A stretch of 64,000 nt of DNA, taken from the NCBI GenBank assembly GCA_030264375.1, contig JASCQW010000027.1, positions 98,684,425-98,748,424 on the forward strand, in the 5' to 3' direction. Below, piece after piece: positions 1 to 11,699 of the stretch (positions are counted from its first letter, which is position 1; every line of letters begins with the position of its first letter). The DNA is from Carcharhinus longimanus. Lineage: Eukaryota. Below the pieces are notes generated by a model. The model had not been told where the DNA came from and searched no databases. It was given only the letters and a program-made list of their open reading frames with translations. The position numbers and the translations under genes were made by a program.

Positions 1-166
1 GGTTGTGTGGTGTTGTGGTCACTGTTCTCCTGAAGGTTGGGTAGTTTGCTGCAGACAATGGTCTGTTTGAGGTTGTGAGGTTGTTTGCAGGCAAGAAGTG
101 GGGGTGTGGGGATGGCCTTAGCGAGATGTTCGTCTTCATCAATGACATGTTGAAGGCTCCAGAGAA
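1..166 (-). mobile_element. Penelope-like retroelement ORF fragment (RT to GIY-YIG linker), extends off the window
   Basis: The minus strand reads LQHVIDEDEHLAKAIPTPPLLACKQPHNLKQTIVCSKLPNLQENSDHNTTQP, which fits the PLE linker pattern PP..A.K/R.P.NL....V.S.L. Confidence 0.8.
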
Positions 167-639
167 AGTGTTGCATAGTGTACAGATGCATGCACAATAG
201 CCTACTTCTGGCAGGATCCATATCTAACTGAATTAACAAGGTTTGTATCCAATGCATGGGATCAAAGTCAATTGGAATCCATTCATATTTTGTCTCTTAG
301 CCTATGTGAGTCTAGGAGATAGAATGGGTATGAAATCTCTCCACATTTGCTCCTCTCATGGTGCATTATGTTTTTATAGATTGACTATGGATGTTTGTCA
401 CATTCCAATGCTTATCACATAAGGATGAAACTATCATACAGTAATAGGTGAACAATAATATTATTACAAAAATAACATTGCAGGCACATAAATGAAGCAG
501 CATTGGAATGTCACAACAACCAATCCCCACTTTGCTTACCTTGCTTTGTATTGTTCTCCAAATTTAGGGTGCCCCCACACATGGACAGACAGCTTAGCCT
601 TTGAAAGTCACTTTGTCCAGCTACACACTAAATTGATTA

Positions 640-905
640 CTGGAATTCACATGAGGTGATTTAAGGCAAATGGCAAAAGAACAAAAGGTGACATGAAGAT
701 TTCTTTTTGGTGAGGATCCGTATTGAGGGTGTGGTAGAGATGGATTTAATTGTAGCTTTTACAGAATTGGATAAACACATGATGAGAAAAAAAATGATGC
801 AGAGCTGTGGGACAAAGGCAGGGGAGTGGGCCTAGCTGAGTTGCCCTTGCAGGAAGCTGGCCAATTAATGGAATTGCCTTCAGAGTTGTATCTATTTTAT
901 GATTG
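640..905 (+). mobile_element. CR1 LINE 3' fragment, degenerate
   Basis: Resembles a CR1 ORF2 C-terminus and 3' UTR, ending in TTTTATGATT. Confidence 0.6.
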
Positions 906-1507
906 TAACAAGGACTCTGTTGTGCAATGTTTAGCCATCCAGATTACTTTATAAAGGCTAAAATAAATGATCAGATGCATTTATCATTGGTTGATTCACA
1001 GATAGAAGGACACTGACAAATAACCAAAAAGGACAATTGACCATTGAAAGTAAAGAGAGGAAAACTGTTTAAAATAGTTCCTTGTTCTCTCCGCAGCTTC
1101 TTGCAAACTCTTGAATTAGCCATCTCTTATTATTATGCTTCAGAAGCTGCTTGGAGTTTGATATCCATCCTGAATATGTGTTGGATTATGTCAGAACTGC
1201 TGAGTACTGAAGGATATTTTTGCTTTATATGTTTAACTTGTATGATTAAACTTGAATTCTTTGAGAACTACAGCACTCAGAATCTTTACAGTCTAACACT
1301 GTAGTAATCAGTTGAAATTGATAAGTTGGGATAATTATATCCCAAGCCTGCAGTTTTCACACATGTAAAGCAGAATTTAGTAACAGGACAATGACTGAAT
1401 ATTACATTCCAGTCTTATAACATATATGATAATATATTATACTCGGGTAGCTACACACACAAAATTTCTGTTGACTTTTAAGGGGTGTTGTGACAAATAC
1501 ATGAATA

Positions 1508-1613
1508 GTTTGGGAATGGAGGGATATGATCCCCTGAAGGGTAGGGGGCAGCATGATTAGTGCAGGCTGAGAGGGCTGAAGGGCCTGTTCCTGTAATTTT
1601 CTTTGTTCTTTGT
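1508..1613 (+). mobile_element. CR1 LINE 3' tail
   Basis: GGGCTGAAGGGCCTGTTCCTG tail followed by TTCTTTG repeats. Confidence 0.65.
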
Positions 1614-2986
1614 AAACTGCAAACTATCTGTAAACAAGTCATTGCTTCTGCCAAGATACACTTTTTTACATTGTGTGGACATGTATTTATCATTGACATA
1701 GAATTGATTAATCATTCTAATTTGGTCGGAATATTTCATTCTGTTATCAGAAAGAAAAGTTGCGGGAGTTTTCTTTGCAGAAAAGAACACACATTCCCCA
1801 ATTCGTGAAATCCCTCATATTAAAAACAAATTTGTGTTCAAGAAGTGGCTTGTAGCACCCCCACATATCTCAGAGTAGTTATAATCTCCATGTAGACTAA
1901 TAACTTGAAAAACACTACAGACCATGCAGATCTCAAGCTTTAACTCAAGCCATCGGTGCCCACCTATGTCCCCAGCCAAGTGCTCCCACTGTTGTATACA
2001 ATCATGTGAGCCCTGCTGGAAAGTACATGAGGATGGACACTGAGTGCAGACAGGCTCAGCTGTGACCTCCACTGCAGACAAACACTTCGCTGACACTCAC
2101 TCTCTCACCCAATATGAAGAGTGTTATGAGGCAGAAACCTACCTTTTGCATAGCCAAGCAATTCCATTCAGAAGCTGCAGCTCATCATGAACTGATTTGA
2201 ATGCTTTTGTTGCAAAGCAAATTTAAGTTTGACATTTGTTCTAATTTTTGTCTGCACGTAGTCATTCCTGACCAGAATTTTTAAAAATTAGGAAATATTC
2301 CCCCATCAATCACTCCTGAGTCAGCAGTTCCATGTCAGCAAAACCAAGGCATATCCATTAAGTCAGCACTAGAATCCAGCCATATGTTTAAATAAATCAT
2401 TAAAAATCACAGCCCAAGTTCTTGTAAATATTCCATAAAACTTTTCCTGCACTTAATAGAAACGAACGGATTATTTACCTGTCAATCACATCTGGAATCT
2501 ACACTGCTGTCAGTGACTGGGATTGATTTTTAGAAACATCATTTGTATAATATCATTATCCTCCACTCACCACATTTTTCTGTAGGAATCTGTTATTGGA
2601 GAACTGTTTGCTGCACTAGGCGAATATTCAATGTAAACACACTTTATAGGCAGACATTGCTGTGAAATAGATTGCTGTAAGTCTCACTCTGCTTCCAACT
2701 CACTGAATGATACATGATGTCAACAGGCAGTTCATAATTTTTCAACTGATAAACCATTACAGATTGAATAAGAAATCAAGAGCTGTTATGATACTGGTTA
2801 TTTTATTACCTAAAGAAGAATATGCACAACACATTGAATTCAGTGGATATTTGCTTTCAATCTGATCAGAAGTATAAAGACATCAATATATTATTTTTGA
2901 TCTGTCGCTAACACTTTGACGACTGGAGCTCCATGTAGATAGACAATCCGACAGTGCATGGAAAAGCGTCTCAGTAAATCATATTA

Positions 2987-3279
2987 GTGGCACAGTGGTT
3001 AGCACTGCTGTCTCACAGTGTGAAGGACCCGAGTTCGATTCCCGGCTTGAATTACTGTCTGTGCAGAGTCTGCACGTTCTCCACATGTCTGTGTGGGTTT
3101 CCCTCCGGGTGCTATGGTTTCCTCCCACATTCCGAAAGGCATGCTGATTAAGTGCATAGGCCATGCTAAACTCTTCCTCAGTGTACCCGAACAGGCGCCG
3201 GAGTGTGGCGACTAGGGGGTTTTCATAGTAACTTCATTGCAACGTTAATGTAAGTCTTACTTGTGACTAATAAATAAAC
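2987..3279 (+). mobile_element. tRNA-derived V-SINE, non-CR1 tail subfamily
   Basis: A-box TGGCACAGTGG, B-box GTTCGATTCC, V-domain-like core, AATAAATAAA end. A second copy is at 29943. Confidence 0.85.
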
Positions 3280-4460
3280 ATATTTCATTCAGAAACATCA
3301 GTAGTAAGGTTGAATCCTGACTCAAGATTTTTGCTGCAACTTACATGTCACTTCGAAACATAAGCCACTTCAAAGGGGTGTTATGGCTTGAAGACCATAA
3401 CTCAGTAATATTTGTTCTAAGATACCTAAAGATCCTTTGAACATTGATCTAATTTGTAGGAAGTAGAGATTGGACTGGACAGATAGATGGTGATCACAAC
3501 TGCTGCCACTAGGTGGTGAGGTGGTCATGTTTCTGTTATTGAAGACACTTCAATTTTAGGTTGCATTTACACTGCAAGATCACAGGATAATTACAGATGA
3601 GGACAGTCATTCAACCCATTTTAATTGATTAATGCAGAAACATCCAAGCTCTCTCATTGTAGCAGGAGCTTTTGCTTCTGCTGTTCTACCTGGAAGTCAG
3701 TTCAATTTATCAATTACTCTATGAAGAAGAATTTCAGGATAATTGTCTTAAAAAGACCTGTTAAGCTGGAATGCACATCCTCTTGTGCTGCTGCCATAAA
3801 TTTAATCTGATGTAATATTTAGGCTTAGCAGTTTATCTAGATTTAACAATCATAAACCATACTCCTGTGAAGCAGCTTGGAACATTTTACAATGTTCAGG
3901 TGCTATACCAATTTAAGTTTATGTTCTGTGCCTCAATAAGATCACTTCACTGGGCATGTCATTTCAATGCTAAAATCATTTCTGGCTTGTCTTTTTTCTT
4001 CATATATTGTTGATCCATTTGGATATGTTTCACATCGAGTCAACTCAGGCTGATTGCTCCCTTTCAGCGTCATCCTTAGCTACTCCAACACCAATTCACG
4101 GAATATCTGGGTCACCTTGTCTGCATCAAATATCACTAAATATTATTACTTGCCCACATATACAGCTGGTCCAAATCATCATGCACTTTCAGAGTTCACT
4201 CTTCCAATTCCTATGTATTGCATTTGCAATGAATCTGCTAAAAGGTTTAATGACTTCGCTCAGGTGTTTGAGGTTATTGAATGCATCTGCACATTATGGC
4301 CGGAATTTTACCAGCACATCCACCCAAAGTTCATAAGATCGCGCCTGACGCCAACGGAGAATGCTATTCTGCACGTTTCGCCCACCCCGAAAATCAGGGC
4401 GTGCATCTCCCATCCACCGTACTACACAATGCCTCACGCTGCTCAATGCACCACATCTCT

Positions 4461-4584
4461 ATCTGATCAAGGAGCAGTGGCCTAAAAGGTTATGATTCCA
4501 AATAAACCTGTTGGACTTTAAGCTGGTGTTGTGAGACTTCTTACTGTGCCCACGCTAGTTCAACGCTGGCGTCTCCACATCATG
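4461..4584 (+). mobile_element. Penelope-like 3' terminal repeat with decayed hammerhead motif
   Basis: Shares AATAAACCTGTTGGACTTTAA.CTGGTGTTGTGAGACTTCTTACTG with the copies at 9518, 32056 and 40091. It begins CTGATCAAGGAGCAG. Confidence 0.7.
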
Positions 4585-5624
4585 TTAAACTTTATCATTC
4601 TTTAGTCCCTGCACCCCAGAGATGACATAACTTCTGAGCCATTAATAAATACAAGATCAACCATGAGAATTAGCTGTCATGGCATCCTTGATAGACTGGG
4701 TCAAGAGACACTCCTGCATTATATTTACCAGTTCCAATTCTAACCTAATCAAGTCTTTCTAGTTTATCTTGGTTGAAGAAAATCTAAAATAACTTTCCAT
4801 TCTCATAGATCTTTCCTATCACTTCAAAAGGGCAAACTGTCTTTCTTGTGCTCACACGGAGCTCAGCAGAATACCCATAGGGTTTATTTGGAAATTTTTG
4901 CACTAGAACTTTCTAAGCAGGGTAATGCATTTTGCAGTTTTCTAATTCCCACAGGAAAGGCTTATTTTTCCTTTCAGTTTTATGTTACATATTTTGCTTC
5001 TGCTGTCTTTTCTATACAATCTATACTCCTAAATAGAATATTAATTTTAGCTATGGTTCTAAGTAAGAATCTCATCACAGTGTGGTTCTCTGCGGCCTCA
5101 AGCTCTGGAAACTTAAATCAAAAGCTCCTAACGTTATAGATTTCACCCTCGCATTCCCTTGGTCTGCCTTTCCCTAATCTCTGGCTCCACTGTGCCTTTT
5201 TGGGCATCTATGTTCATACCCAGCTGTTGACTGACTTTTACCCTAAGATCTTTTTCATTTGGGATCCTGTTTCCAACCTACCCATGCCCCCAGCCCTGCC
5301 CTTGTCTGGTTCAAAGTTTCTATTACTGTCAGAATGTTCTTAGTAAGTCCCTTCTGTACCAATTTGGTTTAAATATAGCTCATCTATTTTTTATTGTCAA
5401 AATATTGCAGATCATTTTATGATGTTGGCATTGCTGTTTTTGAACCAAACTGCCAGCTATGCATCCACTTTTTCAATTCTTTTGGTAAATATTAAATGCT
5501 GGGAGTACAACAGGAAGCATTACTTTAAATCTTCTATTTTTCAGTTTGAACTGTTTCTCATATGTGTAGTTTCTAAGTTCTCCATATTATTTCTGCCTGT
5601 CATTCCAGCAGACATGAACTTCAG

Positions 5625-6140
5625 ATTTGCACCTACAGAGCATTTTTTTTGTGATCTCAAGGTGTCCCAAAACATTTAATAGCTGTATTGTATTGCAAAT
5701 TTCAGCGTGCATTTTGCCCCATAAGGCTACCACACCAGAGGTGGGCTAGGAGGAGAATAAAGGAATTGGTGCAGCAGCTGCAGTTGTGATCCTGAATATT
5801 TCTTTCTGATGCTTACTGCTTCTTGCCAAGTACTTCACAGCAACCAACATCTTTCTTCTGAAGTAGGAATTGCATTGTACACACTACAAGTTTCCATTTA
5901 ACAGCAACGAGATAATGAGCAATCTATTTAAATGATATTGGTTAAGGATAATGCATTGCTCTTCTTGGGGGAAAAATGCCTTTTTATATCTACCCAAGAG
6001 AAAAGATGGGGCCATTGCTCAAAATCTGAAAAATCTCCAACTGTGCAGCACTTCCTCAGTAATAAGCAGTACTCAGGAATTGAGCTGGAATCCATAAACT
6101 TCTCCGAGAGGCAGGAGCGCTGCCAACTGAACCACAGCTT
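5625..6140 (-). mobile_element. Old tRNA-derived SINE (DeuSINE/SacSINE1-like), degenerate
   Basis: tRNA-like head at about 6080-6140, GTGCAGCACTTCCTCAGTA core, and an L2-type tail at about 5625-5680 similar to 35240-35340 and 48660-48750. Confidence 0.5.
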
Positions 6141-6142
6141 TC

Positions 6143-6515
6143 ATTTGATTTGATTTGATTTGATTTATTATTGTCACGTTTATTAACATACAGTGAAAAA
6201 CATTGTTTCTAGTGTGTTATACAGATAAAACATGAGGTTCATAGAGAAGGAGAGAGAGTGCAGAATGTAGTGTTACAGTCATAGCTAGCATGTAAGAAAG
6301 ACCAACTTAATGCAAGGTAAGTCCATTCAGAAACCTGACAGCAGCAGGGAAGAAACTGTTCTTGAGTCAGTTGGTATGTGACCTCAGACTTTTGTATCTT
6401 TTTTTTGAAGGAAAATGGTGGAAGAGAGAATGTCCGATTGTTTTGCTGAGGCAGCGGGAAGTGTAGACAGAGTCAATGGGAGGATGGGTTGCGTGATGGA
6501 TTGGGCTGATATGTG
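6143..6515 (-). mobile_element. Rex1/Babar-type LINE 3' end
   Basis: The minus strand reads PPIDSVYTSRCL..GHSLFHHFPSKKRYKSLRSHTN*LKNSFFPAAVRFLN, followed by a GTGACAATAATAAA(TCAAA)n tail. Confidence 0.8.
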
Positions 6516-7274
6516 ATATTGTATATAAAGGGGAAAATGACAGAAGGAGAAAAAATGTAATAGATTCTGAAAGCCCCCTTTTAGTTCTCCTACACAGTGA
6601 TGTCACACAGCACATGACTTGCACACAAGATCAGCCCAGTGTTGGACAGAGCTGTGTGTATCAGCAAGCATAAAGATAACTTCTAGCTTGTACTCTACTG
6701 TATATTTGTAAATAGTTCTAACAATCAATAAAGACTTACAGTTAATCAATGTATGACAATGAAAACTTCTTCAGACCTACCAAACTGTAGCCTACACCCA
6801 ACAGTAGGTCTTCTGTCTCCTTCAGTATTCCTTCCAACCCGCTGTCAATATGTGCCACCTATTTTCAATTAGACAGTTCACCATGTTTTCTTGACTGGCC
6901 CAGGGTTTGTATGGCGTTACTTGTTTGAAATGGTCCAGTTGCCATTATTGTAGCCATTCATTTCAAATTAGAGCCATGTCATCTAGAAGTGATAGCTTGT
7001 AGATGGCAATCATTTGGTCCAGTGATTTCACAGTCAGTAACCAAACCACATGTTGTGATACTGGGCTATCTTACCCAGTCTGGCATGTTCTCTAGTGAGA
7101 ATAATTACATATAGCGAAAAAAATCTTTTGAAGACATAAATTTCTGCCTGATCTACAGTTGATATTTATTTAAAATCCGCAATGAGTTATAGTCATGGAA
7201 ATCCATGTGAAATGCTGCATTATATAATCAACAATCAAAATGTGCAAAACTCAGTTCAACTGTGCAGAATAGTG

Positions 7275-7478
7275 ATAGAACTATAGAATCCCTGCAGTAC
7301 AGAAGGAGGTCATTCGGCCCGTCGTGTGTGTATTGACTCCCGAAAGAGCATCTAACCCAAGCCTAACCTCCTCAATAACCCCGCGCATTTAACATTGCTA
7401 ATTCACCAAATCTATACGTTTGGACACTAGGGGGCAATTTACCATGATTAATCCACCTAATCTGCACATCTTTGGATG
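7275..7478 (-). mobile_element. HE1-type SINE, 5'-truncated
   Basis: CR1-like tail plus CAATCCACCTAA.CTGCACATCTTTGG-like segment shared with the other copies. Confidence 0.8.
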
Positions 7479-8122
7479 CATCTGTAAGACTTGAAATAAG
7501 ATTGCCAGAGAAGCTTGTTTTGAAGGTTTGGTCGGGTGGAACGCTAGCTGTAGCTCAGTGTCTGGAACAACAGAGGTCGCCAGCAGTGCTCCCAGCCTCA
7601 AGTGGATGTTGATCGCGTCTCTCCTGTATCTGCTGGGGAGATCTTAAAACCTTAATACCGCCCAAGTCTCTCTCTCTCTCTCTCCCACATGTGGTGTTCG
7701 GGTTCCTTCTGACACCGGATAGCCTGTGTAAGACGATCAGGCCCGTTCCTGACCAGTTACTTTATTTAACATCAGCCCAGTCAGCAGTATGCTTCCCCAC
7801 TTCGACTTTCTTCAGCATCCTAAAGAGGACTTTGAACAAGCAGGCGGAACAAAAAGAACGATCCCCCAACCATTACTTGTATTTTAAGTATAATATAAAT
7901 AAATGAAGCTACTCATATCACGGGTTTTTAATTTATATCCCCCCTCCCAGCCTGACGGATAGCTATAGGTTAAAGAGTGTGCGAAGTAATCTGTGAAGCC
8001 CTTTAAATGGTTTCAGGAAAGCCGCAGCAGCTTCTGGACATGTCAATGAACATTACAGAGACTTTCTCACACGGGGCCGGTACAAATAGTCAGATCACTT
8101 GCCGATCACAGAACATTACAAG

Positions 8123-8238
8123 CTCTTAACAAGTAACTGGACCATGTTCACAACGCTTTATCACTGACTGGGGAGGGATCAATTTACAGTTAAAGCACAG
8201 TTGGAAGAGCCAAGTTAAAGTACATGAATATTAGGATG
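8123..8238 (+). repeat. Direct repeat copy 1 (116 bp)
   Basis: 110/116 identical to 9993-10108 by manual alignment. Confidence 0.95.
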
Positions 8239-8322
8239 TGGGCGCAGAGTGATCTCTTATGTATATATTGCAGCTTAATGTTCAGACCGAATCAGATATT
8301 GTAACAGTGTGGCACGGCGATT

Positions 8323-8354
8323 CTATATATAACGACATGTCTAACCATAAAAGG
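8323..8354 (+). promoter_or_regulatory. Probable MYOM2 core promoter: MEF2 site plus CArG box overlapping a TATA-like CATAAAA
   Basis: CTATATATAA (8323-8332) fits YTAWWWWTAR. CCATAAAAGG (8345-8354) is a perfect CC(A/T)6GG. A strong donor TCG|GTGAGT follows about 130 bp downstream, and an E-box CAGCTG is at 8519-8524. Confidence 0.65.
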
Positions 8355-8374
8355 GGTGTTGGGTGACCGAGTCA

Positions 8375-8484
8375 TTCCTTCATCCAGAGTCTTCTGAATG
8401 TTTGTTTTTATCAGCCAGACCCTCAGGGTTGAGAAAGGCTGATCCTCTTCGCCGCCTTCACCTTTCCAGTCTCCCTACATTTCG
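8375..8484 (+). other. MYOM2: Putative non-coding exon 1 (5' UTR) of MYOM2; start approximate
   Basis: The ATG exon has an upstream acceptor at 15457, so an earlier exon is required. There is a donor G|GTGAGT at 8484/8485. The TSS is inferred about 25-30 bp after the TATA-like motif. Confidence 0.55.
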
Positions 8485-9517
8485 GTGAGTGTTTCCCCCT
8501 TTAATTCCGCGTTAAGACCAGCTGCTAAGAAAGTAGATAAGCACAAAGTGTGTCCAATCCTATCCTTCCAGCATGCGTGTTTTGCCTGAGTGTGTGTGTC
8601 AGAATATCTCACTTTACAGCTTTTTCTTATTCTGGATCCCCCTGAATATTCCCCTTCATTTGCTGTTCACTTTTTTGTTTCTATTTAAAGTGTTATTTGA
8701 CATTCTGGGATACGCTAGAACAATTTTCATTTAGATGTTTGCCACATACAATGACGACTTTTTATTCATATTTGACTTGAAATATTAGCAATATGTAACT
8801 CCCCCCACTCTCTGAAATGCAGTCAAGTAGTGTTTGTAAAGCTCCCACGAATTCCTGGTAGATGTTGCCGTTCACTAATAATAATTTTCCAGACACCCCA
8901 TCCCTTCATCTGTGCGCATTAATGATGGAGCATTTGAAATGCACCCCCCCCCAATAAAATGGATGGAGGCTCCCAACTCCAGCCAACTAGTGAATACTGC
9001 ACTGGATTAGTTACCAAAGTTGGCCAGAGTGGATTGGGGGGGGGGGGCACTCATTTCAGCTGGCTGGACAAACAAGGATTAATGTTAGTCTGCACAGGGT
9101 ATACAGAACTCCTGCCTACCACCCGATTAGTGTGCTCAATCAATCCGCCGATGCCGATTTTGACTTGATTTTTTTTATTGGGAGGGAGATTTCGTTCCTT
9201 AATAGTCGAAAGTGTTTTAAAGAGATAAAAAGGGGGCACAATTGCTAAAGGGTCCCTCATCATCATTCGCCCTATTACTGTGCAGTCCTTGACATTTCGT
9301 TTTAAAATGAAATTTGCTCTTAGAGAAGGTTCCTGGGATTTGGCTTTCACAACCCTGGTTACAATGAGTCGGACTAGATGTTTTGCTGATTTGTTTTAAA
9401 GAATGAGTCTGGGCTGAATTCTGGGTTTACCAGTTTATTCGGGACAGACACACCACACCAGCTGGTTGGCTCTCACTTCTGATACATTTTGACACTTTTA
9501 ATCTAGGACATTTACAT

Positions 9518-9663
9518 GATATGGAGATGCCGGCGTTGGACTGGGGTAAACACAATAAGAAGTCTTACTAGCAAGGAGCAGCAAGCGCTCCGAAAGGTAG
9601 TGGCTTTTGCTACCAAATAAATCTGTTGGACATTAACCTGATGTTGTAAGACGTCTTACTGAT
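9518..9663. mobile_element. Penelope-like mini-insertion with inverted termini and partial hammerhead
   Basis: An inverted 3' end is followed by a direct copy with GGAGC..GCTCC-GAAA. ATTTACAT flanks it at 9510-9517 and 9664-9671. Confidence 0.75.
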
Positions 9664-9799
9664 ATTTACATATCAGATGTTAAAAAAGGTGCGGGTGTTA
9701 ATCCCGGGAATACTTTTCGATTTACAGCCATTACCTTTTGTGTATTCAATCTCTTCAGTGTTGATGCACTGCAATATCCTCAAACCTAGCTCTGCTCTC

Positions 9800-9915
9800 A
9801 GTGTCATCCAGGGTCTTAGCTCTGTTCTCTCCGCACAGATGCTGCCAGACTTGCTGAGATTTTCCTGTTTTCTGTTTTTGTTTCAGGTTCCAGTATTCGC
9901 AGTATTTTGCTTTAT
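9800..9915 (+). mobile_element. Second Penelope-like tail family
   Basis: CACAGATGCTGCCAGACTTGCTGAG motif, related to the minus-strand copy at 10450-10558. Confidence 0.6.
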
Positions 9916-9992
9916 CTTCCAACCTATCCTCTCTTTATCCTGCTCTTACCAACACTCTGAATTTGTTCAAACATTACTCCTCTCACATTTTA

Positions 9993-10108
9993 CTCTTAAC
10001 AAGTAACTGGAACATGTTCACAACGCTTTATCACTGACTGGGGAGGGATCAATTTACAGTTAAAGCACAGTTGGGAGAGTCAAGTTGAAGTGCATGAATA
10101 CTAGGATG
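9993..10108 (+). repeat. Direct repeat copy 2 (116 bp)
   Basis: Ungapped match to 8123-8238 at offset 1870. Confidence 0.95.
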
Positions 10109-10449
10109 AATGGATTTGAATCATTCTCCCTGTACAGACCCTGGCGACAGTTTTGTAGCATTTTCTGTTCTCAATTGCAGATTTCCTCTGCATTCTTTAG
10201 TCGGCTTTCTTGGATGGTTTAAACATAGCAGCAGCAATCAATACATCCATACAATTATATCAGGCATGCGTCCGGAGTTTACGTTTTAATTTAACTGTCA
10301 CCAAGATTTAGACTGGCAATTATTTCATTGAAATGTGACTTATTAAAATGAATAACACATTGTCGCCACAGTGAAAGCTGCACCAACCCCCTGGGTTGTA
10401 GGCAATGGGACAGTCTATAATAGTATTGCAAACTGGTCCAGTGGAGCCA

Positions 10450-10558
10450 GAAACACAAAACGCATACGGCATACTCAGCAGGTCAGATCAGCAGGTCAGG
10501 CAGCAAATTTGTGTGTGTGAGAGCAGAGTGTTTCAGATCAATGACCTTTCATCAGAAC
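10450..10558 (-). mobile_element. Penelope-like tail with hammerhead core remnant
   Basis: The minus strand reads GTT CTGATGA A AGGTC ATT GATCT GAAAC, then ..GCTGCCTGACCTGCTGA. Confidence 0.7.
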
Positions 10559-10643
10559 GCAACCGCCTGCACAAAGTGCCTTGGTCCATGCTGACTTCGC
10601 TGGTCTCAGCCAGGGTGCTGGAAGAGTGTTACAGTTACAATCT

Positions 10644-10968
10644 GGGGCAGCACGGTGACACAGTGGTTAGCACTACTGCCTCACAGCACCAGGGTCCCGG
10701 GTTCAATTCTGGCCTCGGGTGAATGTGTGGAGTGTTTGCACATTTTCCTCATGTCTGCATGGGTTTTCCTCTGGGTGCTCCAGTTTCCCTCCACACTCCA
10801 AAGATATGCAACTGGGTTGGTTGATCTTGCTAAATTTCCCGTTAGTGTCAGGGGACCACCAGGGTAAAGAAGTGGGGCTATGGGGATAGGGCCTAGGTGG
10901 GATTTTGTTGGCGCAGGCTCGATGGGCTGAATGGTTTCCTTCTGCACTGTAAGGATGCTATGATTCTA
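10644..10968 (+). mobile_element. HE1-type V-SINE, full length
   Basis: tRNA head with A and B boxes, V core, and CR1-derived tail GATGGGCTGAATGG..CTATGATTCTA. Confidence 0.88.
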
Positions 10969-11699
10969 CACTCCCCCCTTCTCCCCACCATGAAAAAAAG
11001 GCAATTTGGCAAACGTTCCCTATCATCGAGCACGAAACATTGCTGGAATTTGGTGAACATCAGCTAGGATCAGTGGTATTATATCCCCCAGTGTTGCGAT
11101 TAAACTGCAATGCTCACCATCTAGGCTTCATGTGTGAGAATTATTTGCTTAGGTGAGAAACACAAGGTTGAGCGACCCATTGAAGAGATGGTGTCCGCCA
11201 ATTCGCTTGATATCTTCTGTGGTCAGTGGGCATTGCAGGGATTGGAGCCATTGTTCAATACTGGAAATAACATGCACTATTTACTTTGATAAATTTCTTT
11301 CTTAGTATGTATAATTCAGGTAATATTAGATGGGTCCTGTAAAAAGAGCAATATTGTTAGATATTTTTTGTGTGGTGACACATAGGCAACTCAGTATCCC
11401 CTTAAGGAGCCCAGTGCCGGAGAGGAGGGAGGGAGTGAAAATTTATGGGAAAAGGAGAAAGAAGAAGATGAGGTAGAGTTATCCAAGCTAATGATAATAG
11501 ATGTCACTTGGAGTGAAATATGATAACATTTACAATAAAATAATGATGGATTAATCTGCATAATCCTCTACAGGTGGGCAGGTTTTAAAGACTGCTATTA
11601 TTACTGAAAGCTGATCATGGGAGGTGGGGGAGAGCCTCAGTTTGCTGGTGAAGCTGACTGCTGAGCTCTAGGGGCACCATTGTACTGATGCCCCGATCA

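Noticed and set aside
2987-3060. tRNA-like A and B boxes as a tRNA gene (likewise the other SINE heads)
   Set aside because: They continue into a SINE core and tail, occur in multiple diverged copies and form no full cloverleaf.
4007-4485. Overlapping 109-143 aa ORFs
   Set aside because: No recognisable motifs, and they partly overlap repeat-derived sequence. Lengths like these arise by chance.
5369-5378. Isolated MEF2-consensus matches (also 44641-44650)
   Set aside because: Expected by chance in AT-rich DNA, with no supporting cluster or exon.
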